From Pseudomonadota bacterium (GTDB lineage: Bacteria; Bdellovibrionota_C; UBA2361; OMII01): a stretch of 64,000 bases of DNA. The stretch's first letter is position 1; each line of letters begins with the position of its first letter. Under the pieces are notes generated by a model. That model was not told where the DNA came from. It worked only from the letters and a program-made list of their open reading frames with translations, and did no database searches. The DNA lies in NCBI GenBank assembly GCA_038134595.1, contig JAYPVM010000006.1, positions 67,440 to 131,439 of the forward strand, written 5' to 3'. Positions 1-10,628 of this stretch are shown here, piece by piece. A program made the translations under genes and the position numbers.

Positions 1-1031
1 ACCTTTCGACCGGCAAGGCCGGCATCATCAGAAACCGGTTTTGAACCAGCCGGTAAAGAGCTAGCTACCGCATCTCCGAAACCAGTTGCTATCACCGTAA
101 CACGCACCTTATCTGAGAGGTTTTCATCTATCACCATACCCCAAATGATATTCGCATCATCATGAGACTCACCATGAATCAGTTCTGCTGCCTCATTAAC
201 CTCTTGAAGCGTTACATCAGGCGAAGCGGTAACGTTAATGAGCACTCCTCGAGCTCCGTGAATCGAGATATCCTCAAGCAACGGACTAGAGATCGCTTTT
301 TCTGCCGCCTCTACCGCTCGATTATCCCCGCTTGCCTCACCCGTTCCCATCATTGCCATGCCCATTTCAGACATAACAGCTCTAACATCGGCAAAGTCTA
401 CGTTGACTAAACCTTCACAAATAATAAGGTCACTAATTCCTTTGACAGCTTGATAGAGCACATCATCGGCCTTGCGGAAGGTATCAAGCAATGATGTATT
501 CCGGCCCGCGATAGAAAGAAGTCGCTGATTCGGAATTGTGATAAGAGTGTCCGCGTGCTTTCGAAGCTCTTCAATGCCGAAGTCAGCGTTTTTCATTCTC
601 CGCTTTCCTTCGAACATGAAAGGCTTTGTGACCACACCAACTGTGAGACATCCTATACTTTTGGCAACTTCCGCAACAACTGAAGCACCAAAGGTACCGG
701 TACCACCACCCATTCCAGCTGTGATAAATACCATGTCAGCGCCATCCAGAGCCTTGCGAATCTCTTCAACACTCTCCCTCGCAGCAGCCCGTCCAACTTC
801 CGGATCAGCGCCCGCTCCCAAGCCCTTGGTGATGTCGTCCCCAAGACAAATCTTATTCTCCGGAAGACATGATGCCAAAGCCTGCGCATCCGTATTGGCC
901 CCGAAGAACTCGACCCCTGTTAGACCGCTTCGGATCATGTTGTTGACGGCGTTTAATCCGCCTCCACCTATACCAAATACTTTTATCTTCGCATTACTCG
1001 CTTGAAGAAGCTTACCCGTTACCTCATCCAT
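1..1031 (-). CDS. ftsZ: Cell division GTPase FtsZ, C-terminally truncated by the window edge
   Basis: Minus-strand translation from the ATG at 1031 reads [33 protein letters not shown]...[51 protein letters not shown] is the tubulin/FtsZ signature. The ORF runs off the window start. The + strand ORF 538..1005 is an out-of-frame artefact of the same DNA. Confidence 0.9.
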   Translation of the reverse strand, partial: MDEVTGKLLQASNAKIKVFGIGGGGLNAVNNMIRSGLTGVEFFGANTDAQALASCLPENKICLGDDITKGLGAGADPEVGRAAARESVEEIRKALDGADMVFITAGMGGGTGTFGASVVAEVAKSIGCLTVGVVTKPFMFEGKRRMKNADFGIEELRKHADTLITIPNQRLLSIAGRNTSLLDTFRKADDVLYQAVKGISDLIICEGLVNVDFADVRAVMSEMGMAMMGTGEASGDNRAVEAAEKAISSPLLEDISIHGARGVLINVTASPDVTLQEVNEAAELIHGESHDDANIIWGMVIDENLSDKVRVTVIATGFGDAVASSLPAGSKPVSDDAGLAGRK

Positions 1032-1443
1032 GCTTCCATCCTCCGCACTACTAAGAAATTCAAAATTAAGCTGTTGACAGCGCCTTACTTTAGCATCCAC
1101 TTGCAAAAAACCGAAGAAAAAGGTGCATGCGATCCCATCTTATTTGCATTTTTTTAAAGGTCATTTCTCTCAAAGCCCTTGGTGACCCTAAACAAACAAC
1201 AAAACCACATAACATCAATTATTTATCAGGACAATCACTATCTCCACAATCGGTTTCGCAACCAGGACAGCAACGTACGTACTGAGCCGGTATCTCCATT
1301 TGCCAAGCACCAAACTAGTTCTTGCCTGTATCGATTACTCCTCGGCTGGACAATACTTTAGTAGCCTATGCGGTCAAAAGTAAAGAGATACAAAAGCTGT
1401 TTCTCTCTAAAGCTAGCAATTAGAATAAATTTTTTGATGCAGG

Positions 1444-2682
1444 CTAAAAATGCTCGGCAAACCAACCTGCAAACTTTCGCATCGTCGTACCCAAGGCCCC
1501 ACCGAACTGCCTCGAGTCAATTTTTCGCCCTCGAATTTGGCTTGCCGAACAACCCTGCCGAACCAGTCCAACCGCGGTTGCATACTCGGGGGCCCTTACC
1601 AAGTCCTTCAATCCATTAACCTCAAACTCCCCGGCGGCCCTTACAGGCAAATTAAGTGCCTGTTCAGCCATCTGAGTCAAACCAGGTAGATTTGCAGTGC
1701 CGCCAGTAAGAACGACTCCGCCAATGAGCATGTCAGCGCAACCTGCTTTCACTACATGATGCTGAACTAAGCTAATAATCTCAGCCATACGCGGCTCGAT
1801 TATGTCGGATAAGATAGACTTAGATAGCACTCGCGGTTGTCGCCCCCCAACCGAGGGGACTTCAATAATGTCATTTAAAGACGCTCCCGCAACACACACC
1901 GCCCCGTAATCGCACTTGATGCGCTCAGCAGATGCAACTGGAGTACGGAGCCCCGCCGCAATATCATTTGTGATATGATTACCGCCTACCGGCAGAACAT
2001 GCGTATAATGCACACCGCCGGCATGAAAAACTGACAAGCCAGTCGTACCGCCCCCAATATCAACCACTAAAACTCCGAGCTCTTGCTCCTCCTCAGAGAC
2101 AGCCGCGGCACCTGCCGCCAGGGGAGAGGCAATAATATCTCGAACTGACAAGCCACACCGATTGGCGCATTTAACCACATTTTGACCGCTCGCTATCGCC
2201 CCTGTGAGTAGATGGACATTCACCTCTAATCGAACTCCAGACATTCCAACTGGATCTCGAACGCCATCCTGATCATCAACAATAAATTCCTGCGGTAAAA
2301 CATGCAGAATTTCTCTATCCAACGGCAATGCTACAGCGCGGGCCGCCTCTATCACTTTCTCGATATCTGCTACCGAAACTTCATTATTCTTGACTGCAAC
2401 TATTCCATGACTGTTCTGAGAGCGTATATGACTTCCAGATATAGATGCGATAACTGAAGAGATTTCACAGCCCCCCATTGACTCGGCTTGGCTCATCGCC
2501 TTCGCTATCGCCGATACCGTGCTCTCAATATTAACAACAACTCCCTTTCGAAGCCCGCGAGATGGGGCCGAACCAACCCCTATGATATCGACTCCTCCAT
2601 CCTCAGTGCGAGCACCAATCACCACCTTAATGCTCGAAGTACCTATATCTAATCCGGTCACTAACGACGATGAGCTTGCCAT
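1444..2682 (-). CDS. ftsA: Cell division protein FtsA
   Basis: 412 aa with an actin/Hsp70-fold FtsA N-terminus (LVTGLDIGTSSIKVVIG) and FtsA-like length. It sits immediately upstream of ftsZ on the same strand. Confidence 0.9.
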   Translation of the reverse strand: MASSSSLVTGLDIGTSSIKVVIGARTEDGGVDIIGVGSAPSRGLRKGVVVNIESTVSAIAKAMSQAESMGGCEISSVIASISGSHIRSQNSHGIVAVKNNEVSVADIEKVIEAARAVALPLDREILHVLPQEFIVDDQDGVRDPVGMSGVRLEVNVHLLTGAIASGQNVVKCANRCGLSVRDIIASPLAAGAAAVSEEEQELGVLVVDIGGGTTGLSVFHAGGVHYTHVLPVGGNHITNDIAAGLRTPVASAERIKCDYGAVCVAGASLNDIIEVPSVGGRQPRVLSKSILSDIIEPRMAEIISLVQHHVVKAGCADMLIGGVVLTGGTANLPGLTQMAEQALNLPVRAAGEFEVNGLKDLVRAPEYATAVGLVRQGCSASQIRGRKIDSRQFGGALGTTMRKFAGWFAEHF

Positions 2683-2983
2683 ACCGAATTCTCCATATAA
2701 CCCTTTTTACGTTCAGCACTTTGAGTGAGAAACCAATTGAGTGTAAGCCCCTTTCGTTCAGCCGCACTGAAACAACTACTGCGCCCCAAAACGAAGAGCT
2801 AATACACACAATACTCCGAACTTCTTAGGGTCTTATCGTCTTTAAATGACAGACAATTCAACCCCGTTCTATTACCATTAGTTTAGAGCGACGTGCCACC
2901 TGCCCAGATTAAACAGAGTTTGAACGACTCGCAAGACACTAATTTTGCGATCTATTCCTATAACGCTTCAGATATTCAACACG

Positions 2984-3772
2984 TCAGGGTGTACGAAATG
3001 ACACCACCCCTACCCGATTAAAGGCTAAGTCTATTTTATCAATATCCGAATATCGATCGCGAACTTCATACAAGAGCGCAGCGCACCTTTTACCCTGCTC
3101 CGCTAAGGCCACTCCATTGGAGGATTCAAGGCCGAATATGATCGGAAACGGCAATCCCTGGAAGTTTACTTTTAGATCTCCGTGGCCAATAAATGCCAGA
3201 GAGACAACTGCTTTTCCAACCTCCTTCTGCAATATTGTCATAAAACTACTTGCTGAATAAAGCTGACTCCTCACCACCTCAGGCGAACTCACCCGTGAAG
3301 CTAGTCCCTTGATTGACACTAGCTTCATATCGTATCGAAGCAGTACGACATCACTATCCGGCACTATAAACGAGCCCTCTCCGTCCACTATCCAAGTATT
3401 TCCATCGACCACAGCGCTAAATACAGGCTCCCTCTCTTGGATCCTTAGAACGAAACACCCCCATTTAGACATCAAGCCTTCATCACAAGAATCAACAGAG
3501 GCTGATTTAATCCAAGGATTGTCCATCAACTTTGCTTGAATTTCGGGCTCATTCAAATGCCACCATAAGACTGAGCGAGAATGCGGCAACAGAGGCTCAA
3601 TATCACTGTGAGTTAACACTACAAGCCCCTGCACCTTAACTTTCTTGTCATTCCAGAAGGATGCAGCAATTTTCGCACTCTCACTAAGTCCGGATTTAAA
3701 AAACTCCGGATTATCGAGCACATGAATAAAAACAACTGCGGCAGCGAGTGCCAATGTATAGACAATTCTCAT
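2984..3772 (-). CDS. ftsQ: Cell division protein FtsQ/DivIB (POTRA-domain, single N-terminal TM)
   Basis: 262 aa with an N-terminal hydrophobic anchor (YTLALAAAVVFIHVL) followed by a periplasmic domain. The ftsQ-ftsA-ftsZ order matches the dcw cluster. Confidence 0.7.
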   Translation of the reverse strand: MRIVYTLALAAAVVFIHVLDNPEFFKSGLSESAKIAASFWNDKKVKVQGLVVLTHSDIEPLLPHSRSVLWWHLNEPEIQAKLMDNPWIKSASVDSCDEGLMSKWGCFVLRIQEREPVFSAVVDGNTWIVDGEGSFIVPDSDVVLLRYDMKLVSIKGLASRVSSPEVVRSQLYSASSFMTILQKEVGKAVVSLAFIGHGDLKVNFQGLPFPIIFGLESSNGVALAEQGKRCAALLYEVRDRYSDIDKIDLAFNRVGVVSFRTP

Positions 3773-4096
3773 ACACGTAGTATAGGACGATTACATCCGG
3801 AAGCCGATATATAAAATATGTTTCCGGAGCGAATCATTACTGAAAACAAATTCTCAGGGCTCACTTTATCTTCCACATATCGACACATCCGCCGCGCTTA
3901 TAACTCATAGAAACTCCACGTCCTCATTTAATCGTAAAACGAGCCCCCAAATACCGCAGTATCAACCAGTACGTTTTACACCAACATGTGAGCAACAGCA
4001 GACTAGGGCTTCACTCAAACGCCTAAAACAATCGAACTCTAACTTTACTCCCAGCGCCCCGCAATCTATTCACAATTGGCAGGGGTACGAAAGCTC

Positions 4097-5074
4097 TTAT
4101 CCCAATGTTACTTGAGAATCGCGAACTACCGGCTCTTGGTTTTTAGCATCATACTCCCAGAGACGAATCTCCGGTTCCAAGGTTACTCCTGCCAACTGCT
4201 GCGCTTGATCCTTGCAGTACGTTATTAATTCCTGAACGTGCCTTGCCGTGCCCTGCTTGGACGGATTAACAATCCAATTTGCGTGAAGCTCTGAAATACG
4301 AACATCGCCAATTGCAACGCCCTTCATTCCCACCTCCTCTAAGACCCTACCTGCACTCAGCGTTGGGGAAGGATTTTTAAATACCGATCCTGCCGAGGGC
4401 ATTGAAAGTGGTTGCGTCGCCTTTCGGTGGGCAAGGTTATTAAGGCAGTTGGCATTGATCCTATCTCTGTCGCCACGCACAAGACTCATAACAACCTCTG
4501 TTACTATTAAGCTAGAAGGCAATCCTGAGTGCCGGTAATTCCACGCCAAATCATCGCCCTGCAACTCACAATACTTTCCCTCTTTGGAAAATCCTCTGAT
4601 AAGATCAACTCGCTCCCCTATTTCTGCTCCATGTGCTCCGGCATTCATATAAACACCACCGCCGAATGACCCCGGAATGCCCGCCGCAAATTCCAATCCA
4701 GAGAATCCCTCCTTAGACATCCTCCTTGACTCTCTCATTAACGAGGCGCCCGCACCAAAGCAGAATGTCTCTTGGCAAATACTCCGGCTAGTTCGAAACT
4801 TCCCGCCCAAACGGATCACCCAACCATGTACGCCACTATCGGGAATCAATACATTACTCCCAAATCCGAGCGTCACAATCGACTGCTGTTCTGCATGCAA
4901 TAACTGCAACAGTGCTTGTAGCTCCGTATCATTATCTACCGTTACAACCGCTCTACACGGGCCTCCGATTGAAAACGTCGTTAGGGTCTTTCCTTGAACA
5001 TCCCTCACAACTCGACCACGAACAATCTTCTCGACGGAAGGCAGTAAAGCCGAATTAAAGCGACAACTATTCAT
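4097..5074 (-). CDS. murB: UDP-N-acetylenolpyruvoylglucosamine reductase MurB
   Basis: 325 aa with an FAD-binding PCMH-type N-terminus (SIGGPCRAVVTVDNDTEL...LGFGSNVLIPDSG) and the MurB C-terminal domain. It sits between murC and ftsQ. Confidence 0.85.
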   Translation of the reverse strand: MNSCRFNSALLPSVEKIVRGRVVRDVQGKTLTTFSIGGPCRAVVTVDNDTELQALLQLLHAEQQSIVTLGFGSNVLIPDSGVHGWVIRLGGKFRTSRSICQETFCFGAGASLMRESRRMSKEGFSGLEFAAGIPGSFGGGVYMNAGAHGAEIGERVDLIRGFSKEGKYCELQGDDLAWNYRHSGLPSSLIVTEVVMSLVRGDRDRINANCLNNLAHRKATQPLSMPSAGSVFKNPSPTLSAGRVLEEVGMKGVAIGDVRISELHANWIVNPSKQGTARHVQELITYCKDQAQQLAGVTLEPEIRLWEYDAKNQEPVVRDSQVTLG

Positions 5075-5134
5075 ATTACGCCAAGAAGACCCGTTGAATA
5101 CTACCTAAGAACCACTATCAGATAAAAAGATGCC

Positions 5135-6571
5135 TTACTCACCAAACCCATTTGCATGCTGGCGAACAAGCTCATTTGAAGATGTTTTCAAATTTTCTTT
5201 ATCCGCTAATTTTTCCAAAAGCATTGCTGGCAACCCGCCTATTGAGCCTGCCCCTAAGCATACAATCACTTCCCCATCGACAAGCTCTCTGTCGAGAATC
5301 TCCCATACACCAGTAAGGGAAGGCACAAACGCCTTGTCACTATGGGTTACAGCAGTGGTTAAGTTCTCACCAGTGATGCCATCAATAGATTCCTCATTGG
5401 CGCTATAAATATCAGTAATAATAAGACGGTCGCAGTCCTTAAACGCTCCCTGCAAATCCTTCCAGCAACTCTCTGTGCGACTATATCTATGCGGCTGAAA
5501 AACTGCTGTAATTCGCCTCTTTGGACTTACAAAACACTCCCTCAAGGCACGCAGACTTGCCTGAATCTCAGTTGGATGGTGCCCGTAATCACTCATCACT
5601 GTCACACCTTGAGAAGTTCCCACCACTTCCAATCTTCGTTTTACTCCCCCAAAAGAGCATAGCGAACCTCGAACTGCATCTATCGGCACCCCAAACTCAA
5701 GTCCGACAGCGATTGCGGCCAATGCATTCTGCACCAAATGTCTACCTAACATTGGCAAAAAGAACCGTCCCAAGTCTTCGCCCAAAAACGTCACAGAAAA
5801 CTCCATTCCTGCTGGGCCCGCAACTATATCAATCGCTCGCAAATCAGCATCCTCACTGAAGCCATATGACATAGTTCGGCGAGATATCTCACCTAAAAAC
5901 TTTCGTAAAACTGGATCATCGATACAAAGTATTGCAAGCCCATAAAATGGTACTGATTCGATAAACTGACGAAAAGAGTCCTCTAAGTCGCTACGTGAGC
6001 TGTAGGCATTCATATGCTCATCGTCTATATTAGTCACGACAGCAACGGTTGGCTTCATCAACAAAAAGCTCCGATCGCTCTCGTCGGTTTCTGCCACGAG
6101 GTATTCCCCTCTACCGAGTCGAGCACCTGTACCTAAGTGTTGCAACTGCCCTCCAATAATAACCGTCGGATCGAGCCCGCCTGCCTCAAGAATTGCGGAG
6201 GCAATACTTGTTGTTGTGGTCTTCCCGTGAGAGCCAGCAACACCCACACCGTACTTTAGCCGCATCAACTCCGCTAGCACTTCGGCGCGCCGCACTAACG
6301 GAAGCTGTCGCCTCTTTGCTTCGAGAATTTCCGGATTATCCGGCACTATGGCTGATGAATAAACTACCAGCGAGGCCTCGGCCGGTATGCTTTGAGCACT
6401 ATGCGTAAAAACTATGTGCGCTCCCTGGGCCATCAATCTATTACAGACGGCACTCTTCTTAATATCAGAGCCGCTCACCTGAAAACCTGAAGCTAGAAGA
6501 ATTTCGGCCAATCCCGACATCCCGGAGCCGCCGATCCCTATAAAATGAAAATACAAGCCTGCTTTGTACAT
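5135..6571 (-). CDS. murC: UDP-N-acetylmuramate--L-alanine ligase MurC
   Basis: 478 aa. Carries the N-terminal FHFIGIGGSGMSGLAEIL motif and the ATP-binding GVAGSHGKTTTTS motif typical of Mur ligases. Confidence 0.9.
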   Translation of the reverse strand: MYKAGLYFHFIGIGGSGMSGLAEILLASGFQVSGSDIKKSAVCNRLMAQGAHIVFTHSAQSIPAEASLVVYSSAIVPDNPEILEAKRRQLPLVRRAEVLAELMRLKYGVGVAGSHGKTTTTSIASAILEAGGLDPTVIIGGQLQHLGTGARLGRGEYLVAETDESDRSFLLMKPTVAVVTNIDDEHMNAYSSRSDLEDSFRQFIESVPFYGLAILCIDDPVLRKFLGEISRRTMSYGFSEDADLRAIDIVAGPAGMEFSVTFLGEDLGRFFLPMLGRHLVQNALAAIAVGLEFGVPIDAVRGSLCSFGGVKRRLEVVGTSQGVTVMSDYGHHPTEIQASLRALRECFVSPKRRITAVFQPHRYSRTESCWKDLQGAFKDCDRLIITDIYSANEESIDGITGENLTTAVTHSDKAFVPSLTGVWEILDRELVDGEVIVCLGAGSIGGLPAMLLEKLADKENLKTSSNELVRQHANGFGE

Positions 6572-6911
6572 AAAGCCTCACAAAACTCCGGTTATAAAAG
6601 AGGTCTTATAATACAGATAAATATACACAAGGAAAACTCTAGTATAGGGCATCTAGCTTTTACGTGGCACGAGTCACATAACTAACTAAAAACGGGCGCG
6701 TTTTTGAGATTTTCATTCCCGTCGTTCCAGAACGGTTGGTAGTTATTTCAAACAAATCAGACTAACAAAGGTCCCCACATCGCCTCCATGTAGCTTCAAT
6801 TATCAAGATCGCTTTGAGTCGGATAAGACCATTGTTTGCATCGACAACCTTTACTAGACTATTTGCTGGCAACAGGTGATAACACATTAAAATAGTATAG
6901 CAAATACGCCG

Positions 6912-7661
6912 ATGGAAATCCTTGAGGAGCTTAAAGTACTAGATCAACCAACAGATACGCCGCCCCAGGTGCGATATCAGTTTAAGTCTCTTCCCGGATC
7001 GAGCCACTCATGGGCCATAGGACATCTCCTGCGGGATATTAGAGGCAAGTCCATGCTGGATGTGGGAGCAGGTGGTGGAGCAATTGGACAAATTATTGCC
7101 GGCCATCACCCACGACAGATTACAGCGGTTGAAATAGATAACCGAGCCCACGAGAATCTACAAAAAACCTACAACTCTGTTTTCACTGAGGTTACTGAAA
7201 TCCAGGGTGAGCGCTTTGACTGGATAGTTGCCTTGGACATCTTGGAACACCTTACAAATCCTGAGCAGTATATTAACAATCTGAGGAATCTTCTCTCTCC
7301 GGGCGGAAAAATGCTGGTTTCAGTTCCTAACGTTGCACATTGGAGCGTTCGCTTTCCCCTCTTTTTTTGCGGAAGTTTTGAATATCGCTCAATCGGAATT
7401 ATGGATGCCTCTCATCTTTATTTCTTTACAAGAAAACGATTTCACCGACTGTGTGCCGGATTAGCCAAAACAAATGTGATAGAATTTTCCTCGAGCATTG
7501 AGCCCTTCGAACTAGCTCTCCCTAAGTGGGTAGGAAAGAGTCCGATCTACCAAAAATTAATCCCCGCCCGTCGTCTATTTGCCAAGGTATTACCGGGCCT
7601 TATGGCATACCAACATCTAGCCCTGCTACAAGATTCATCCTCCGACGACGTTACCTCGTAA
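6912..7661 (+). CDS. Class I SAM-dependent methyltransferase
   Basis: 249 aa with SAM-binding motif I (MLDVGAGGGAIG) and motif II/post-I (DWIVALDILEHL), the Methyltransf_11/23 type. Divergent from murC. Confidence 0.7.
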   Translation: MEILEELKVLDQPTDTPPQVRYQFKSLPGSSHSWAIGHLLRDIRGKSMLDVGAGGGAIGQIIAGHHPRQITAVEIDNRAHENLQKTYNSVFTEVTEIQGERFDWIVALDILEHLTNPEQYINNLRNLLSPGGKMLVSVPNVAHWSVRFPLFFCGSFEYRSIGIMDASHLYFFTRKRFHRLCAGLAKTNVIEFSSSIEPFELALPKWVGKSPIYQKLIPARRLFAKVLPGLMAYQHLALLQDSSSDDVTS

Positions 7662-7842
7662 GCTCATCGAAAGCTTTTCCATCTACAAGGCATTTCTTGA
7701 GAATTAAGAATACTGGCTAACCCCGTCTTATGGGCCTAATAAGGTTCGCTATTTGAGGCAAAGGGATGTTATCAACAGTGGGCTCGTGCTAATGTCTAGT
7801 TGCAGCGCCAGGGAGAACTAAAAATAGAGTAAAGGCCCTTAA

Positions 7843-8172
7843 ATGAATATCAGCTTCATGGAAATAGCGGTCATATTTGGCTTGGCTCTCTTGTTGTTTG
7901 GGCCAGAGCAGTTGCCCCACATCGCCCGACAGGTCGGAAAACTCGTCGGTGAGCTTCGCAAGGGGAGCTCAATGATCAGAAAAGAGTGGTATAATGCGGT
8001 ATATCCACCAGCCCAGGAAATGAAGCAAGAAATATCTCGCTACTCCTCAGAGCTACGCACGATTGGCAACGAGGCCTTGTCATTATCTCCCACTGCTTCA
8101 GAGGCAAAAGATTCAACAGCAAACAGTGAGGCGTCGATCACAAGTAAAGGTGGAAAGGAGCATAACCAATGA
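7843..8172 (+). CDS. tatB: Twin-arginine translocase TatA/TatB-family protein (TatB-like by length)
   Basis: 109 aa with an N-terminal TM plus amphipathic helix (IAVIFGLALLLFGPEQLP), the Tat signature. Its stop overlaps the tatC start by 4 nt (ATGA). Confidence 0.75.
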   Translation: MNISFMEIAVIFGLALLLFGPEQLPHIARQVGKLVGELRKGSSMIRKEWYNAVYPPAQEMKQEISRYSSELRTIGNEALSLSPTASEAKDSTANSEASITSKGGKEHNQ

Positions 8173-8957
8173 CGGCTCCATCCTCAGAACAATCCACAAT
8201 GGGCATCCTAGAACATCTTCGAGAGCTACGGCGTCGCGTGTTGTTTGTTGTGATATCAATTTTGATCGGAGCCTGTGGAAGCTATTACTATGCAGACATA
8301 ATTTTCAATTGGCTGTGCGCCCCTTATTTCGAGGGTTTCGGCGACAGCGTTTTAATCGGCACCTCCCCAGCTGAAGCCTGGATACTCAAAGTAAAGGTCT
8401 CCTTGTTCACGGGCGCCATCATTATGTCGCCGTTTATTTTTATGCAGGCCTGGCTGTTCATATCTCCAGCTCTCTATCGCTCGGAAAAACTGCTTGCGAT
8501 TCCCTTTGTAGTATCAAGTAGCTTGCTTTTTCTTGGTGGCTCCCTTTTTTGTTACCACCAAGTGCTTCCGCTTTCGTTCCAGTTTTTTTACGAGCAGTTT
8601 CAATCAATCGGTGTTACCCCCACGATTAAAATAGGAGATCATATCTCTCTAACACTTCTATGTATCCTTGGTTTCGGTGCAATATTTCAGTTGCCAGTTG
8701 CGACGTTCATTCTCGCTAGAATGGGGTTAATAGACCACAGATTTTTAACTCACTGGTTCCGTCACGCTGTGTTAATCATTTTTATCCTTGCAGCTATCAT
8801 CACACCTCCTGATGTGATCACTCAATTCTTGATGGCTGGCCCACTGCTCATCCTTTACGCAATTAGCATCATTATTGCTCGATACAGTTATAAGCCACTA
8901 CCTGCTAAAGCAGACACTAATTCAGAAAAGACCCAACAGGATCTCTCAATACGATAA
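8169..8957 (+). CDS. tatC: Twin-arginine translocase subunit TatC
   Basis: 262 aa polytopic membrane protein. It has the TatC N-terminal motif (LEHLRELRRRVLFVVISILIG) and about 6 TM segments. Translationally coupled to the upstream tatB-like gene. Confidence 0.85.
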   Translation: MTAPSSEQSTMGILEHLRELRRRVLFVVISILIGACGSYYYADIIFNWLCAPYFEGFGDSVLIGTSPAEAWILKVKVSLFTGAIIMSPFIFMQAWLFISPALYRSEKLLAIPFVVSSSLLFLGGSLFCYHQVLPLSFQFFYEQFQSIGVTPTIKIGDHISLTLLCILGFGAIFQLPVATFILARMGLIDHRFLTHWFRHAVLIIFILAAIITPPDVITQFLMAGPLLILYAISIIIARYSYKPLPAKADTNSEKTQQDLSIR

Positions 8958-9392
8958 TTATCATCGAGCCTCTCCTAGTGTGGCTAACTTACCTAAAATC
9001 CCACTAAGTATCGAAGCCCCCATCCGTTCGAAACAGCTACAAGCTACAAACTCGCCTACACGAACTAGTCCTCTTCTCACGATCATATGTGAATAAAATG
9101 TCCTCCGGCGCTCCCTATCCTCCAACAACCCACTTTCTTTCGATAGCAATCCCCAAGTTACCTAAATCCTACAACTGCAAACCAACCCATCTATTTGGCG
9201 CCATACTTTTAGCCGTATCATACCGCTGGCTTGCAAAAATGGTGCTTTCCCCGATACACTCATTGTTTGACCTCAGGTCCCTTCAGGCTCTACCCTAAAA
9301 GTAGGGCGAATATTGACTGAAGTGGCTGGAAATCCCTCCCCATGTACTTAGCTTCCCCTCTGGTTGCTTCAGAAGATGTTTCGTTCAAACTG

Positions 9393-9432
9393 GTGCACCT
9401 ATCTCTTTTCAGAGATAGGTGCTTTTTCTTTC
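9393..9432 (+). terminator. Rho-independent terminator hairpin
   Basis: Perfect 12-bp stem GCACCTATCTCT / AGAGATAGGTGC (9395-9406 / 9411-9422) with loop TTTC, followed by TTTTTCTTTC. It lies about 435 nt downstream of the tatC stop and about 150 nt upstream of lpxD. Confidence 0.5.
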
Positions 9433-9584
9433 TCAATTCACTCGTACTTTGAAAAGCTACCCCTGCAAAGCTATGCTCGGAGACACCTTTTTTATAGATA
9501 TCAGGGGTATTGCTATTGACGTGTCCATAGTAGCATCTCTACCAAAAGGGAATTCCTACGCCTTAGAGCAATGGCATGTAGCAT

Positions 9585-10613
9585 ATGAAAGCGCGTTCAG
9601 TCACAATCACAGCCCAAGAGATACAAAAGCTCGTTGGAGGCACACTTCATGGGCCAGAAAAATTCATTGTTCGAGGCCTCAGTACGTTAGAAGCCCCTCA
9701 AGCGGAGACAGTCGTTTTTTTTCGCGGCTCTTCAGAAAAGAAGCTTCAAGAAATAATCGCTCAGTCCCCCCCTTTGTTTATCTTAGTGGGATTTGCGCCC
9801 GAAAATGTAACAAACAACAGCTCTTGTCTATTACGTGTCGACAATCCTCAAGAGAGCTTTATACGGCTAGTTGAAACCTTCTACGAATCTGATCAACCGC
9901 TTCCACATGTAAGCCCAAGTGCCATAATTCATCCTTCAGTAAAACTGGGAAATGATGTCTACATCGGTTCACATGTAATCCTTGATGCCGATGTTACTCT
10001 GGGAGACGGAGTAAAAATCCATGGTGCCACCCATTTATATCGAGGTGTCACCGTCGGAGCAAACTCTGTTCTTTACAGTGGCGTTCGCGTTAGAGAGGAT
10101 TGTGTAATTGGGTCAAACTGTACCGTGCATGCCAATTCTGTTATCGGAGCTGATGGCTTTGGCTATCTTCCCTCTCGATCTACTGGACTACTCAAAGTTC
10201 CTCAAGTCGGTTTTGTACTAATAGAGGATGACGTTGAAATTGGAGCTTTGACTTCCATAGATCGTGGGACAGTTGGTCCAACAGTCGTTGGAAGGGGAAC
10301 GAAAATAGACAACCAGGTTCAAATCGGACACAACGTTCAAATCGGCAAGTATTGTATTATCTGTGCTCAGGTTGGAATAGCTGGAAGTGCTGTGATCAGT
10401 GATGGCGTGGTTTTGGGAGGTGGTGTCGGCGTAGCCGATCATATTCACATTGCACGCGGCGTACGTGTAGGTGGTCACTCAGGAGTAGTAAGCAACCTAC
10501 ATATTCCGGGGGACTATCTGGGAATGCCAGCCATAAAGGCATCTTTGTATAAGCGAACACAGGTGTATCTCAAAAAACTTCGAGAAACCCGTAGTCGCTC
10601 CAAATCTATCTAA
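9585..10613 (+). CDS. lpxD: UDP-3-O-acylglucosamine N-acyltransferase LpxD
   Basis: 342 aa. The N-terminal LpxD-specific domain is followed by left-handed beta-helix hexapeptide repeats. The IGADGFGY motif matches the LpxD active-site region. Confidence 0.85.
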   Translation: MKARSVTITAQEIQKLVGGTLHGPEKFIVRGLSTLEAPQAETVVFFRGSSEKKLQEIIAQSPPLFILVGFAPENVTNNSSCLLRVDNPQESFIRLVETFYESDQPLPHVSPSAIIHPSVKLGNDVYIGSHVILDADVTLGDGVKIHGATHLYRGVTVGANSVLYSGVRVREDCVIGSNCTVHANSVIGADGFGYLPSRSTGLLKVPQVGFVLIEDDVEIGALTSIDRGTVGPTVVGRGTKIDNQVQIGHNVQIGKYCIICAQVGIAGSAVISDGVVLGGGVGVADHIHIARGVRVGGHSGVVSNLHIPGDYLGMPAIKASLYKRTQVYLKKLRETRSRSKSI

Positions 10614-10628
10614 GGGAGCCCTGTACTA

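Noticed and set aside
538-1005. 155-aa + strand ORF (and 653..889 minus) listed in the ORF track
   Set aside because: They lie entirely inside ftsZ. The minus-strand frame gives a perfect FtsZ translation, so these are out-of-frame artefacts.
9419-9874. 151-aa ORF overlapping the lpxD 5' end in another frame
   Set aside because: It begins inside the terminator hairpin region and overlaps lpxD. The lpxD frame has clear hexapeptide-repeat homology. This is a likely artefact.
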